A DNA stretch of 64,000 bases from Owenia fusiformis (GCA_903813345.2 CAIIXF020000001.1:34472001-34536000), one strand, 5' to 3'. Shown: positions 1 through 13,618, counted from the stretch's first letter. Numbers and translations: made by a program. Notes: generated by a model not told the origin, from the sequence alone.

Positions 1-58
1 AAATTGCATGGTGGCCAGTTTGCTCTTCAAAGTGCGATATTTATCACTGTGTGTCTTG
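1..58 (+). mobile_element. 3' end of a Helentron/HINE-type element (family D), cut by the window edge
   Basis: Nearly identical to 39513..39570 (GCATGGTGGCCAGTTTGCTCTTCAAAGTGCGATATTTATCACTGTGTGTCTTG). It is followed at ~60..190 by reverse-complement fragments of the same family's internal repeat. Confidence 0.75.
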
Positions 59-204
59 TTGACCTTGAGAATGTCATTGAAGGTCAAATCTTTTTTGACC
101 TTGAGAATGTCATTTAAGGTCAAATCTATAGTCAGATTTGAACTTTTGACAACTTGTAGATGATTTTGAAAAAAAAATTGGTCAATTTGACAAAAAAGGT
201 ATCC

Positions 205-525
205 CAGAAGGGGATGTTACAGACAAGGGGACGGGGGATGTTACAGGGGTTGATGACAAAAAGAAAGGGTGTCACAGGAGGGGAGGATGCAACAGAGGGA
301 GGGTGTGTCAATCAAATGGATGGTGTTACAGGGTGGTGTTACTGGAGTTGTTGACATAAAGAAAGGGTGTCACAGGAGGGGACATTGTCACAGAGGGGGG
401 TGTCAATCAAGAGGACTGTGTTACAGAGGGGTGTTACAGGAGTTGGTGACAAAAAGAAAGGGTGTCACTGTCACAAAGGATGAGGATGTTACAGAGGGGG
501 TGTCAAACAGGAAAGGGGGTGTTAT
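205..525. repeat. Degenerate G-rich short tandem repeat (GAGGGGGTGT(T/C)ACAG-like units)
   Basis: Repeated GGGTGTCACAGGAGGGG / GATGTTACAGAGGGG motifs; these account for the two spurious ORFs at 160..556. Confidence 0.65.
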
Positions 526-770
526 AATCTTTAATACACACCTTATTAGGTTGTGATATAAACCAAAACAATACTGCCAATTGTTATCTACCCCGTATTA
601 GCCACCTGGTGGTGGAACTGGTAACTACCTACTAGCATCTGGGTTACTGTATTTAGTAATTTTGTTATAAGGAAGTGATATCCTCATGGCCACAGCCAGG
701 AGGGGACCAGTGATACAGATGTACTTAGGGATACAATGGTTCTTGTATAAAATTATGTATGATGTGGTAC

Positions 771-866
771 CTTTATTTCTTCCTCTTCATCATCTTCAAG
801 TAGATCTTCACCTCTTGAACCCCGTGAATTACTAGATTCTGATGAATCTAGCATGATGACATCCAT
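771..866 (-). CDS. First coding exon of an unidentified gene running off the left edge (MDVIMLDSSESSNSRGSRGEDLLEDDEEEEIK)
   Basis: On the minus strand: acceptor TTTTCAG before 951, ACAATGG start context at 866, 32 open acidic/Ser-rich codons, phase-0 donor AAG|GTACC at 771/770. Full exon is 771..951. Confidence 0.6.
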
Positions 867-1109
867 TGTTGAGGACTAAAGTTAAGTTATCCCCTAAAGA
901 CCTAGGTCAAACAGTACTCCAGTATAATTGCCAGTAAGTGCAACAGGTGCTCTGAAAATTAATGTAATGGAATTGAAGCACATATTATTGAAGTACACTG
1001 TGGTCAATTTGAATTGCAAATATCAGTCTGGCAAATAAGGATCTTTTCACTGTAGCCTTTGTCCAGAAACATTTGAAACACTCTCGCCAAAATGTTTTTT
1101 TTGTCTACC

Positions 1110-1849
1110 CCCAAGTGAGTAAATATTGTATTAGTGATTTGTTAGTGGTGATTTTCATTAACAGACCACTTTTTGCCCTTGACTTAACAGGTGGTTTATT
1201 AGTTGAAAAAATTACCATGCAAATGATATAAAAATTATTGACCAATCAGAGAGCATGTAATACACTACTAATAGATCACTCCTGAAGTCTCAAGTATTAC
1301 TAAGAGACCACTAATACATCACTCCCTAATGTCTTATACACCACTAATACACCACTACTAGTCTAATAGACTACTAACAAATCACTCCCGAAATCTCCGA
1401 ATTTTATACATCCATAAGGTACAAAATCTCTATAGTACTAAATTCAGTGAGAAATATGAATAAGATTTAACATGTACATCTTCTACATACCTTTATGATT
1501 ATGCTGAGCAAGATTCAATAAAATCCAGTCACCTTTCTGGTTGTAATGCTACATTTCGTTGTAGAATGAATTATCTCACATTTTAACTATTTCCGCCATT
1601 TAAAAGGGGTTTCTCATTCTAAATCAAGGATCAGTTTAATACACTACTAATAGACCATTCCAGAAAAAATCGAGTTAATACACTACTTACAAACCACTCC
1701 ACCTAAAAAACCTTAGAGTGGTTTATTAGTTGAGTATTGCCAGTTTTAATACATAACTTACAAACCACTTGACTAAATCACTTTACATGGTGTATTGGTG
1801 ATCTTTTGGTGATGTATTGGTGGTATATTAGATTTCTTTTTTACTTGGG
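1110..1849. mobile_element. EnSpm/CMC-like non-autonomous DNA transposon
   Basis: Termini CCCAAGT...ACTTGGG, 2-bp CC duplication (1108-1109 / 1850-1851), many short subterminal ACCACT/ACTAATA motifs in both orientations. Confidence 0.6.
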
Positions 1850-1946
1850 CCATAATTTTGTCTAGTCAGTATGCATATGCTCTCGACTTAATTGTGCCCC
1901 AAAAAACTATGCGTGAATTGTGAATTGTAAATTAAAATGTTTGAAA

Positions 1947-2899
1947 CTAGAAAAACAGCAACTCCACGGAGTAGCAAATCCCACTGAACAAAACATATTT
2001 AGATTATTAGTGACCATCTTGAAAATTCCTTCTTGAGCAGAGCTTGTTTGTCCCTAAGCATCAACATATAAAATGTAAACCATATCCATAAATTAAAATT
2101 TGAGTTATCAAAGATTACATTCTTTTTTACTAAAAATGGCAACCATTTTGAAATTCAGCTGCCATTTTGAAAATTCTTCCTTGAACAGAGCAACTGTGTC
2201 CCTAGGTATTATCATATAAAATTTAAAACAAATCCATTCGCTGGTATTAGAGTTATCAAAATTTTATGTTTTTTTTACGAAAAATGGCCGCCATCTTGAA
2301 ATTCAGCCGCCATCTTGAAAATTATTTCTTGAACAGAGCTACTGTGTCCCAAGGCATAATCATATAAACTTTCAACCAAATCTGTTCACTGGTATTTGAG
2401 TTATCAAAGATTACGTTTTTTACGAAAAATTGTCGCCATTTTGTAAATTTTTTGTCAAACATAGCTACTGTGTCCCTAAGCATCATCATATAAAATTTGA
2501 ACCAAATCCGTTCACTGGTATTTGAGTTATCAAAGATTATGTTTTTTAACGAAAAATGGCCATCATTTTGAAATTAAGCGGCCATCTTGAAAATCTCTTT
2601 TTGTGCGAAACTCCTTTGTCCCTAGGCATCAGCATATTAAATTTGAACCAAATCTGTCAATTTTTATTTGAGTTATCAACGATTACATTTTTTATGAAAA
2701 ATGGCGGCCATTTTGAATTGAGCGGCCATATTGAAAATTCCTTCTCGAGCAGAGGTCCTACACTCATAAGGCATAAGCCTATAAAATTTGAACCAAATCC
2801 GTCAACCGGTATTTGAGTTATCGCCCGGACACACGGACGGACGGACGGACAGACGGACGGCTTTCCTATATCCCTCTCGAACTTCGTTCGGTGGGATAA
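1947..2899 (-). mobile_element. Non-autonomous Helentron/HINE-type element, family A, with ~146-bp satellite array
   Basis: Head TTATCCCACCGAACGAAGTTCG, (CCGT)n microsatellite, tandem monomers, subterminal GTGGGAT and 3' hairpin GCTACTCCGTGGAGTTGC...CTAG, flanked by T runs. Same as 20966..22410 and 34574..35915. Confidence 0.8.
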
Positions 2900-3587
2900 T
2901 TAATCCACAGTGAAATGTTAGCTCTGGTATAGGTCAAAATACATCGGATGTACAGTTTCGCTAACTTTTGATGAATTTTTACTCTGTTATAAAAATTAAA
3001 AAGACATACTTATAGGAATGAGTAAGGTAGGAGAATGGAGATGAACTGTATCTAAAAGCTAATTTAATTCTGAATCCATCAATATTTTTTCAGCTTATTT
3101 GAATTCTTATCAGTGAATGAATTTTTACTTTAAAACATTACCATTCTAATTAATTGAATAGTAAACTCAACAACTGAGTATTTGACCAGCAATGGAATAT
3201 TTCCAATCATTTAAATATTATAACTGGGATCCCCTCGATTGTTGTACCATTGTAAAGAGAATTGAATTCACTTTAAATAAATACAAATTTTGAATTGAAT
3301 TATCATTAAACAAAATCTTAAACTAAGTACAATTAACAGACGGTTTGTGGGGGGGGGGGGGGGCATGCCCCCAGACCCCCCTAGTTTGTTAAACTAAAAC
3401 ATTTTACTTCATAACAATTATATGTTATTCAATGGATAGATTAAAATACCTCCACTTGTTTGATAGCAAAACAATGGGTTTCAAACTGACGAAAAAACTC
3501 TCCTACATGCACCTTTTCAATTTTAAAAAGCAACCATTTGACTTTATACCTTTAGCTTCAATTGAATTATTCTTTGAAAATGCCAAA

Positions 3588-4923
3588 CCAAAACAACGGC
3601 AACGCCAAAGCGTAGCGAATCCCATCGAACAGCCATGGATGGCATTTTTACAAACAAAGTATATAGCAAAAATGGCAGCCATTTTTCAAAATGGCCGCCT
3701 TCTACCAAAAGTGTCATTAGACCATGTGCCATGCTTATAGTATTCATACACCAAATATGAACAAAATCGCTCCACTACTTTTCAAGTTATAGAAAAAAAC
3801 GTTAAAATGGCGGCCATTTTTCAAACTGGCCACCTTCTACCAAAAAATGCCATAAGACAGTGTGCCGTGTTTATAGTATTTACATACCAAATATAAACAA
3901 AATTGCTCCACTACTTTTCGAGTAATAGTAAAATACGTTAAAATGGGGGCCATTTTGAAAAATGACCGCCTTTTCAAATTTTTTTCAAAATGGCCGCCTT
4001 TCAAAAGTGTCATAGGACAGTGTGTCATGCTTATAGTATTCAGATACCAAATATGAACAAAATCGTTCCACTACTTTTAGAGTTATAGTAAAATACGTTA
4101 AAATGGTGGCCATTTTGAAAAATGGCCGCCTTCTACCAAAAGTGTCATTAGACAGTGTGCCATGCCTATAGTATTCACATACCAAATATGAACAAAATCA
4201 CTTCACTACTTTTCGAGTTATAGTAAAATGCGTTAAAATGGCGGCCATTTTTCAAAATTTTTTTCAAAATGGCCGCCTTCTACCAAAAGTGTCATAGGAC
4301 AGTGTGTCATGCTTATAGTATTCACATACCAAATATGAACAAAATCGCTCCACTACTTTTCGAGTTATAGTAAAATACGTTAAAATGGTGGCCATTTTTC
4401 AAAATGGCGGCCATTTTTCAAAATAGCCGCGTTCTTCCAAAAGTGTCTTTAGACAGTGTGCAATGTTTATAGTATTCACATACCAAATATGAACAAAATC
4501 GCTCCACTACTTTTCGAGTTACAGCAAAAATCGTAAAATAACGAGTAAAGGCCGCCATTTTTCAAGATGGCTGCCATGTGCTTCTTAAATATCTACATTT
4601 CTAGCTTTATTAATGTTCTATATTATTTTTTTACATCTAAAACATATTGCTATTACAGTTTTACATATTGCACCTAAAATACTGTAAATTCGGCACTAAA
4701 ATGGCCGCCATTTTGAAATGAGCGGCCATTTTGAAAATCGGCTTTCGAGCAGAACTTCTACCCCCATAGGGTATATGTGTACAAAATATGAACAAAATCA
4801 GGCCAACGGTATTTGAGTTATTGCCCGGACGGACGGACGGACGTACGTACGGACGGACGGACGTACGTACGGACGGACGGAGGCGTTCTCTATATCCCTC
4901 CGAACTTCGTTCGATGGGATAAT
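3588..4923 (-). mobile_element. Helentron/HINE-type element, family B, with 135-160-bp satellite array
   Basis: Head TTATCCCATCGAACGAAGTTCGGAGGGATATAG, (GACG/GTAC)n microsatellite at ~4827-4881, six monomers containing GTATTCACATACCAAATATGAAC, and a 3' hairpin (GCTACGCTTTGGCGTTGC on minus). Confidence 0.8.
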
Positions 4924-5630
4924 AAATATATCATATATTGGAAAGTCACAACTGGATTTTTAATATTTGAGTTGAATACCTAGGTTTTGTGTTTTCAATA
5001 TGTTACCCTTTGTGTCCTACCTTTGATAATGATGTTTAATATGTCCTCTAAATTGAATATCCTAGGTTAAACCTACTGCATACCAACCGAGGTGATACTT
5101 TTGCTGAGTTTCAAGATTAAGATTCATAGATATATTATTACATTTTAGGGGTTGTTTTATGATTTATGTTTTCAATATGTTGCCCTTTACCTTAATGATA
5201 TTTTGATATATCGATTGATTGAATGGTCAATATACTTAAAATAGTCATGAGTGAAGACTAACATACCCCTAACATGATATTTAGAATGCTTTGCATAGTC
5301 AAACTTAAATGCACTGAATGACCTTAGTTTTAATCCCTATGACCTAATTTTGTTTTGGATGTGTTCATAATTGATAAAAGTAACTATTTCCATGTAATGT
5401 TCAATGAAACCTTTAGGGGCACCTTTAGGTACATGAGGTAACGGATCCTTTATCTGATTCTGAAACAATAAAAATAAAGCTTTCTAAGAACACAAATTTT
5501 TCTTGTTTTTATTATTGTTTATATAGGCTAAATATTTTATTGGAAATTTTGTGCTGACGAACGAATATAGGGCCTCCGTAAGATTGCTTGCAATCTTAGA
5601 TCTCTAGTTATATAATTTATTCGCTAAACA

Positions 5631-5780
5631 TACGAGGGGTGATCAATAAGTATGGACGCTTTTTTACACATATATTTAGTAGACCAATCCCTTTGATTTT
5701 CCTACCAGTGATTCATCATTCAATTATCTATCGATTTTGAAGATTTGAAGACAAAATATATAATACATGTTGATATATCC
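5631..5780 (+). mobile_element. Mariner-like terminal fragment
   Basis: TA|CGAGGGGTGATCAATAAGT resembles mariner TIR starts; a similar end lies at ~38036. No partner TIR was found. Confidence 0.4.
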
Positions 5781-7103
5781 TTATTTCCGTGAAGGAGGTA
5801 CAGGTACCCCGGGAAATTATTGTTATTTCTTAATGTAAAGTATCATGCTCTTGGGTCTTCCCAAAATTAAATCTCACCACGTGCCAAACGTTTTGAGGGA
5901 ACTGTAACTTCACTATGACATGTTTTAAAGAAAATAAGGCTCTCGTGTTCACTATAACAAATGTCAATTCATTTACTGCTCATATATGTAGTTTTCAAAT
6001 AGCACAGTGATTTAATGATTCTGGTTATATGCATTTTTCGGTAAAATGATATTTTGGGAAATCCTGACCGGGGGTTCGTTCGAACCCACCGAACCCCCGC
6101 TGTTCGAACGAACCCCCGCTGCCTATGGCTATGAGTAGCATATAAGTTCCTAGAAGACGTTGCACATTTTCGTTCTTTACACATCGAGGCAACGTAAACA
6201 TGAGACATCTATTGATGGTATAAAAAGAATGTTGTTGTAACGTGTCGGTAAAGTTCGTTAGTGTGGAAAACATAACAAACAGGAACGTTTGATTTTTTAC
6301 AACATTATAGTCCATATGTGACATAACTCAAACGTCAAAATTCAACGTTATCAAATCAGGCTTTTAATATCAAAATATTTGTTGGTGGAAAAAAACATGA
6401 CAAAGACTTTGTGTTCTCACTAAATCAGTTCATTACCGATGTTATTTTAACGTTAAAAGTTAACGTTGTCAAAACGTTCTTACGATATGAAATAACCTCA
6501 AAACGTGACTTCGAAAATAACGTACATGTATCGTCCAGATCCAACGTTATAAATAAAAAAATTCATAACCCTGCTAGGACAAACCCGGACCGTGCGATAA
6601 TTAGGACCACTTCCCCTACTATGAGGAGATAGGGGCATTCTCGGCCACGGGGCATTCCCGGACAAACCCTTGGTATCAGATGCAAATCTGGGACAAAGTT
6701 AAAATTTTTACAATATATAGCACCACATCTATAATATGATGTGTCTTATACAAAGTTTCAATAAAGAAACCATATAAAACAAAGAATTATTGTACCGGGT
6801 ACAAAACTTGAACCCAGCATGGAGGATTTAGTACCCGGTACCCGGTTTTTTCTACAAACCCCAATGCCCCGTGTCGGAGATTACCCCTATGTCCTCGATC
6901 GAAACCATTTTTCCGCAATAACATGCAACTGATACTTGACAATAATATTGAGTTTAACAACGTTGAACCACAGTGAGCACTATCTATCTTCAGATATTCG
7001 ACAAATCCATGTGTCATTATTATTGTTCCAAACTGAAGGCCTATAGGCCTACATTCCTGGCTAAAATGAAAAAAAAAATGTAAAGGATGGGACGCTCGCT
7101 TAC

Positions 7104-7246
7104 CTTTCAGAAGGAAGTAAACATTCTTAATGTGACTCCATCAGCTTTATCTTGTCAATCAGGAAGCTAAGCAGGCTATCTGATAGAAATAAATGTGGAG
7201 CGAATTTCAATCTACAAGCAGGGGCATTTCTTCCATACTATAAATA
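7104..7246 (-). other. Putative non-coding 5' exon of the left-hand minus-strand gene
   Basis: Strong donor AAG|GTAAGC at 7104/7103 on minus; unique-looking sequence; no open frame, only short uORFs. The 5' boundary is uncertain. Confidence 0.4.
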
Positions 7247-10200
7247 CTGCAGATTTTACTACCTACTCTTATAAAACTCGCAGACACTCTATATAGAGTC
7301 TAACATGGCGAGGATGGTACGAGGCCCCTCCTGGTTTAAATCAATTCTTATGCATATTTATGATTAAAAATGAGCAAATATTATATTTATATCCCGGTTT
7401 ATATGCACTGTTGGTACGAGGCCCCTCCCGGTTTAAATCAATTCTAATGCATATTTATGATTAAAAATGAGCAAATATTATGTTTGTATAAACTATTGGT
7501 CGATGTGTTACGATTTTGGTTAATTCTTATGCATATTTATGATGAAAAATGAGCAAATATTATGTTTATATAAACTATTGGTCGATGTGTTACGATTTTG
7601 GTCAATTCTTATGCATATTTATGATGAAAAATGAGCAAATATTATGTTTATATGAACTATTGGTCGATGTGCTACGATTTTGGTAGCCCTTGCAGATATA
7701 TTCCCTAAATTATTGTCACCTTTATATTTAACATGGCGAGGATGGTACGAGACCCCTCCTGGTTTAAAGATCTAATAGCAAAGGTTTTGCAAAAATACAT
7801 GACATGTGACGCGGGGCAGGCAATTTTGATCTATCGTAGACCATATCAGTATCAAATTGCTGATATTTCAACCTCGTCTTGCGAGGCCATTTTGATTTGA
7901 AACATCTTGAATTTGGTGTCAAAATGAAGCTGGTCACGCCCACTTTCAGAGTAATCAATGAATCATTTACTACGACTACTATATTCATTTAGGATGCGTG
8001 TAAAGTTAACCAATCAGAAAGACAATTGTTCCATATATGGCAGTTCATTAACATATTCAGTGTTTACTACTGCTTTTCGCATCATGACAACACGAGTAGT
8101 AACCAATCAAGATGCCGTATTTTATCACGTGAGTTCAGAGTGACACGCACGCGACATGTTGTCTGAGGTGATCGCGATGTTGAACAATTTCTTCTCGGAA
8201 TTTGTCCAGAGAAATCAGCGATTCTAAATTAAGGTAGGATCTGCCATTTTTTCCTGTACAAGTTATAACTTATCTCTATCGAATCCTAAAGTTTTGGAAG
8301 AAGATATGAAGCGTAGGTTTAAAAACGAAGCGATTAATTTGACGATCTGATTTTGCAATTTGCAATGGCCAATTTACTACAAGTCCAGTGCATGTATTTG
8401 ACAAGAGATAGCGCCAAGTCTTGTAGTCTTTGCAGTCTTTGCAGAAAACCTGTTTTCATAATCTGTTTTCCGCGTCTAGATTTCCCCTCCTTAAATTGTC
8501 TTCATTCAAATTACACCCTCTCGCCGATTTATATAGCCATTTTCCAGAACCCGGGAATCAGAATCGCTGATGTTTGCCATATTGAACATATTATATGTAC
8601 TGTAATATCTGTACATTGCCTGCTACGCGTAATGGTCACGTGACTAGCGCGATACAGGAAAAATGGGGAATTTCGAAACAACAATTTTTGGGCACTTTTA
8701 TTGCAAAATTCAGGTATTTATAAAGTGTTTGTGGTATAAAATATAATCCACAGACATAAATGAACATCCAAACTACATATTTCATTAAGTTTTGGAGCCT
8801 TTTCTGCTCTTAAATTAACATCTTTAAATCAATTCTTATGCGTATTTATAATTAAAAATGAGCAAATATTATGTTTATATGCACTTTTGGTCGATGTGTT
8901 ACGATTTTGGCAGCCCTTGCAGATATATTCCCTAAATCATTGTCACCTTTATATTTAACATGGTGAGGATGGTATGAGGACCCTCCTGCTTTAAATCAAT
9001 TCTTTTGCATATTTATGATAAAAATGAGCAAATATTATGTTTATATGAACTATTGGTCGATGTGCTACGACTTTGGTAGCCCTTGCAGATATATTCCCTA
9101 AATTATTGTCACCTTTATATTTAACATGGCGAGGATGGTACAAGTCTACGAATTGAATTAAATGAAAAGGGCCCTATTACCATCCAAGCCATGTTAAAAT
9201 AATAGGAAATAAAAGGTAACAATAATTATGCAAATACATATTGCAAGGGATGCCAAATCATAACACATATACAAATAGTGTATAAAAACATAAAACATAT
9301 TAAATGTTATCAATATTAATATGTTAAATGTTATGTTTTTTCTAGGTACATTAGTGCACTTTTTGTGCAAAACTGAAAATAAAGACAATGAATGTGATGA
9401 AGGAGTGATTCCTAATTGAAAAATAACATATGACTTTACGGTCAAGTCAAGTAACTTAGTCAACATTGGATATTCGTATGTTCATCAATATTTACTAAGA
9501 ATGGTGCCACAATTGAAGTAAACCTCTGGTTAATTATTTTCAAAAACCTATCAGCAAACATGTAAATGATAATTTCGATGTTCTGTTACATATTGGTGAA
9601 GCAATCTTGGGGATATGGCCTAAATTTCTGAATTTCTGATATGTCCCTGTATACCCCTACTTCAAAAGATCTAACATCATGTTTCAAGTTCTTACAATTC
9701 TTGGTTAACACAAATATTTTGAAAGTTGTGATTTCGAATGTAATCTCCTACTCCATGAAATTTGTTGATATTTGTGAATTCTTTCTTTCAGAATACACAT
9801 TGCTTGATCACAGAACCTTGCCTTGTTCGAGATGCACGAAAAGTGTATTGTTAATACTTGACGTTCAGATATTTGGATGTGATTAACGTTTTAGTTAATC
9901 TCCTATTACTGTAACTTCCAACTTAATTTTTGAAAGCCAAATATGATAGTCACGAATTGATATTTAAGTCACATGTTGATGCATACATCATGTGTGTACA
10001 ATAACTGTCGAATACATGCCGACTTACATTAATACAACTTGTATAAATATCCACAGTTAACTCAAATCATCAATTCTCGAAATGGTTTATCATATAACCT
10101 GGTGAGTTTAATGTTTCATTTTAATTTATAATAATGGTCTCGGTTTTGAGTATGATATTAGTTGAGGGTTAAACAAAGCAATGAAATTGCATGAAAACTT

Positions 10201-11245
10201 TTGTGAAAATTCGAACGATTTTTCAAGAAATCCCCTTCAAAGATGTACGATTTTTATTTTCGAATGTTGACTCAGTTACTCAACATGACTGTTTATTGAG
10301 GATTGCAGCGAAATTCCGAACATACAAACTAGCCTTAAAGTTGCGGTGTTCCGCAACTTTAAAAATCTTTAAAACATACTCTGCACAGGTTGCTTTTACA
10401 TCCATATTTGAACGTCTATATCACGTTCAATTTTTTATTTTTTTATTTTGAAACTTAACCTGATAAAAGGACAATACAAGGTTTACACATGTACATATTA
10501 CCATCACTGAAAGGTAATGTTAAGTGTTTTTTCAAGAGGATTCATTACACGATAATGACGCAATTCTCGCAGTACCGCAAGATATCTGCGGTGATGCTGA
10601 CTTTGCGGTCCCTTTGTGAATTGGAAACACCGGTACCGCAGTGATTTGCGGAATTGTGCAGGCTTGCGGAGCTTTCATGAATTAGGCCTCTGATACCATC
10701 CCCGCCATGTTAAATATAAAGGTGACAATAGTCGAGGGAATATATCTGCAAGGGCTACCAAAATCATAACACATTGACCAACAGTACATATAAATATAAT
10801 ATTTGCTCATTTTTAATCATAAATATGCATAAGAATTGATTTAAACCAGGAGGGGCCTCGTACCATCCTCGCCATGTTAAATATAAAGGTGACAATAATT
10901 TAGGGAATATATCTGCAAGGGCTACCAAAATCGTAGCACATCGACCAATAGTTCATATGAACATAATGTTTGCTCATTTTTAATCATAAATATGCATAAG
11001 AATTGATTTAAACCAGGAGGGGCCTGGTACCATCCTCGCCATGTTAAATAGAAAGGTGAGAATAATTCAGGGAATATATCTGCAAGTGCTACCAAAATCG
11101 TAACACAGTGACCAACAGTGCATATAAACATAATATTTGCTCATTTCTATTCATAATCATGCATAAGAATTGATCTAAACCAGGAGGGGCCTGGTACCAT
11201 CTTCTAATGTTTTGTTGTGTCTGCACGGTTTAGTGAAATCTGCAG
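7247..11245. mobile_element. Foldback-like element with long, internally repetitive inverted arms (~167-bp units), containing nested insertions
   Basis: Units AACATGGCGAGGATGGTACGAGGCCCCTCCTGGTTTAAATCAATTC... on + at 7300-7767 and 8824-9141, and reverse-complemented at ~10693-11202. The outer ends share CTGCAGATTT(T/C)ACT...GCAGACAC in inverted orientation. No TSD seen. Confidence 0.7.
7768..8823. mobile_element. Kolobok-like TTAA-targeting non-autonomous element nested in the foldback arm
   Basis: Splits the unit CCTGGT-TTAA-ATCAATTC with TTAA duplicated (7764-7767 / 8824-8827); termini AGAT...ATCT; internal TCACGTGA palindromes. Confidence 0.7.
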
Positions 11246-11300
11246 ATTGGGTCGACTCATATTAATGTTAAAGTGAGTTTGCGTACAACGTGCAGCTACA

Positions 11301-11354
11301 ATGGATGGAGAAGATGAAATCTTAGACAGTTGGGAAGATTTTGAGGAAAATGAG
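11301..11354 (+). CDS. SZRD1: SUZ domain-containing protein 1, exon 1 (MDGEDEILDSWEDFEENE)
   Basis: ACAATGG start, the typical SZRD1 N-terminal acidic 'DSWED' motif, phase-0 donor GAG|GTATT; splices in frame to 33450. Confidence 0.85.
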
Positions 11355-13204
11355 GTATTATGAAGTTTGATTGCATAGAGTTTATTACCACTACAAACTA
11401 CAATATGTGTCTAATGTTGTGTGCTGAAAAACCAACCTGAATTCGACATGAAATAAGAGCTAAGTCTTGCCTTGGATAATTTGAGTTTCATTTCTGAAAC
11501 CACAGATATTGGCCAGATTTACTTCGGTCCAAAGCCTTCTCTATATTCCGGCTCTGAGGAGGAAGATTGAGCTGCCTTAGTATTATAAATATTGTAAATC
11601 ATTGTGTCACACGCACAGTAAATATGGCATAATAATATGAAATATACCTTTATGTATAGATTTGAAGAACATCAGCTCACATCCCCGTCTGAATCTATTG
11701 TTATATTTGATTTCTTTAAGGCGACGCTATATTAAATAAAAAGTACAAAAAATGACTGCCATATTTTTTTGATAAAGACACATGTTTATAAAATCTGTTT
11801 ACCTTGTATATGAATTGTGTATCTTGACTAATGAAACATGTCAAAGTTAACATCACCTTGAAGTTACCTACACCCATTCAGTTGATCTTTACCTCAGGTC
11901 ACATAATCATCGGTTGTGAATGGTCACACCATCGGCAAAATGTCTTAAAATGCCAACTATCCTAGATATTGATATTTTAAACTTGAAATTACCCTGACTT
12001 TTGACCTATGTTGAATACACATCTTATGAACAAAACTTACGAAGTTGAAAACTGATCTTTTTGAAATGAAATTGCTGCTAATGTTTCAAAACTAGGGTAT
12101 CTTTATTGCAAAAGTAATATTCAAATTGAATAAACCAAAAGAGATATATAGACTTAAATTATCTAATCTTCCATCAGATTTAGTAAAATTATAACTCTTA
12201 AGTAAATGTTGCAATGAATGCTCACACATATCTTGTTGTATATCAATCTAGTGCAACTGCTACAGGTATCACTCTGACACGTATCTGTGAACAAATCAAA
12301 CTTCTTTGATGTTTATGTAATGCAAATTGGTATATTTTAATATGACCACGTCCGTAAGATAAACCATCAATACTAGGATTGTCAAAACTTGCATTAATAA
12401 AATAAATTCCCGTCTCATCACTGTCACACCCATTACTATGATGTATCTTAGATCACTGTCTGCAAGCTATAAACTAAGTGATGCACTATATGCTCGTAAT
12501 ACTTTTTTATTAAAAATCAAAAGTCAATGATACTATTCCTATTTTACCTATTAAATGATTTTTATATATCCGAATAACCATTATATAAGTTTTTGACAAA
12601 GTAAATAATTGTAGGGCTCACACAAGGATCAACTTTTTGAAGACTTTTTCGTACTGGTGTAGACTCTCCTGCTTGCGAAGCAAGGGCGATGAATTGAGAT
12701 TTTTCAGTCGAAATGAAATTTTGAAATATCTAAATCCAGACAAGCAACGCTTCATCCTAAATATGATTAATATTCTTAAAAATATTTATAAAATTTATTA
12801 AAAATGAGTTCTAGGTGCGTGTAGGTGCGTGTAGCACAGTACATACGAAATCAATGAAGTTTCGTCTAGCTGTAAGCTAGAGACTCGAGTAAGGCCAGAT
12901 CGTTTTGTAGTAGGATATCATAGGCTCAAAGAATAATACAGAAGATGCGTCACTAAATTAGAAAATTTCAAAAAAAAGTGACCACCTTTCAAAACGTTCT
13001 TCTTCTTCTTGATCCTTTTAAGTGTCCGTGTGACACTATTGGCACTATAATGCTGCCTTTGGACACTGGTTACTCAGTTATTCACTTCGGTACTTTTATC
13101 ACTTATACTTTTCACTTATACTTTGCTAAGTTGGAGAGAGAGCGCTAAGAATATATTATTTCAATATTATGACGGTAGTAGAAATATAGTTAATCCTGTA
13201 TTAA

Positions 13205-13618
13205 GGACAGGGTGCATGTTGGGAAATTTTTTGCATTCCCCAATTGAGTCACATGTTATTTTTCAAACAAGAATAACTCCTTCCCCAAATTGTCTACATC
13301 TTGCAGGTTTTCACAAAGAGTGCACTTCTGTGCCTAGAAAAGCCTTGTGAGAAGATTTGTTATGTAAAATGTTTAAAAAACGAGAAAATTCAGTGAAAAA
13401 AATTTCTGAAAATTTTCTAAATTTTTTCACTGAATTTTCTTGTTTTTTATACAATTTATCAAAACATTCTTCTCATAAATCTTTTCTAGGCACATAAGTG
13501 CACTCTTTGTGCAAAACTGGAAGATATAGACAATGTGGGGAAGGAGTGATTCTTGTTTGAAAAATAACACGTGACTCAATTGAGGACTGCAGAAAATTTC
13601 CCATCATGCACCCTGACC
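13205..13618. mobile_element. Palindromic Kolobok-like MITE in the LINE 3' UTR
   Basis: TTAA|GGACAGGGTGCATG...CATGCACCCTGACC|TTAA; almost the whole 414 bp is an imperfect inverted repeat. A related fragment lies at ~9335-9435. Confidence 0.85.

Noticed and set aside
160..556. Two ORFs of 64 and 95 aa
   Set aside because: Products of a G-rich degenerate tandem repeat within the intron of the minus-strand gene.
3345..3385. Poly-G/poly-C tracts (also ~41525-41615 and 56301-56320) as G-quadruplex regulators
   Set aside because: They sit in small, common MITE-like fragments, and homopolymer lengths are unreliable.
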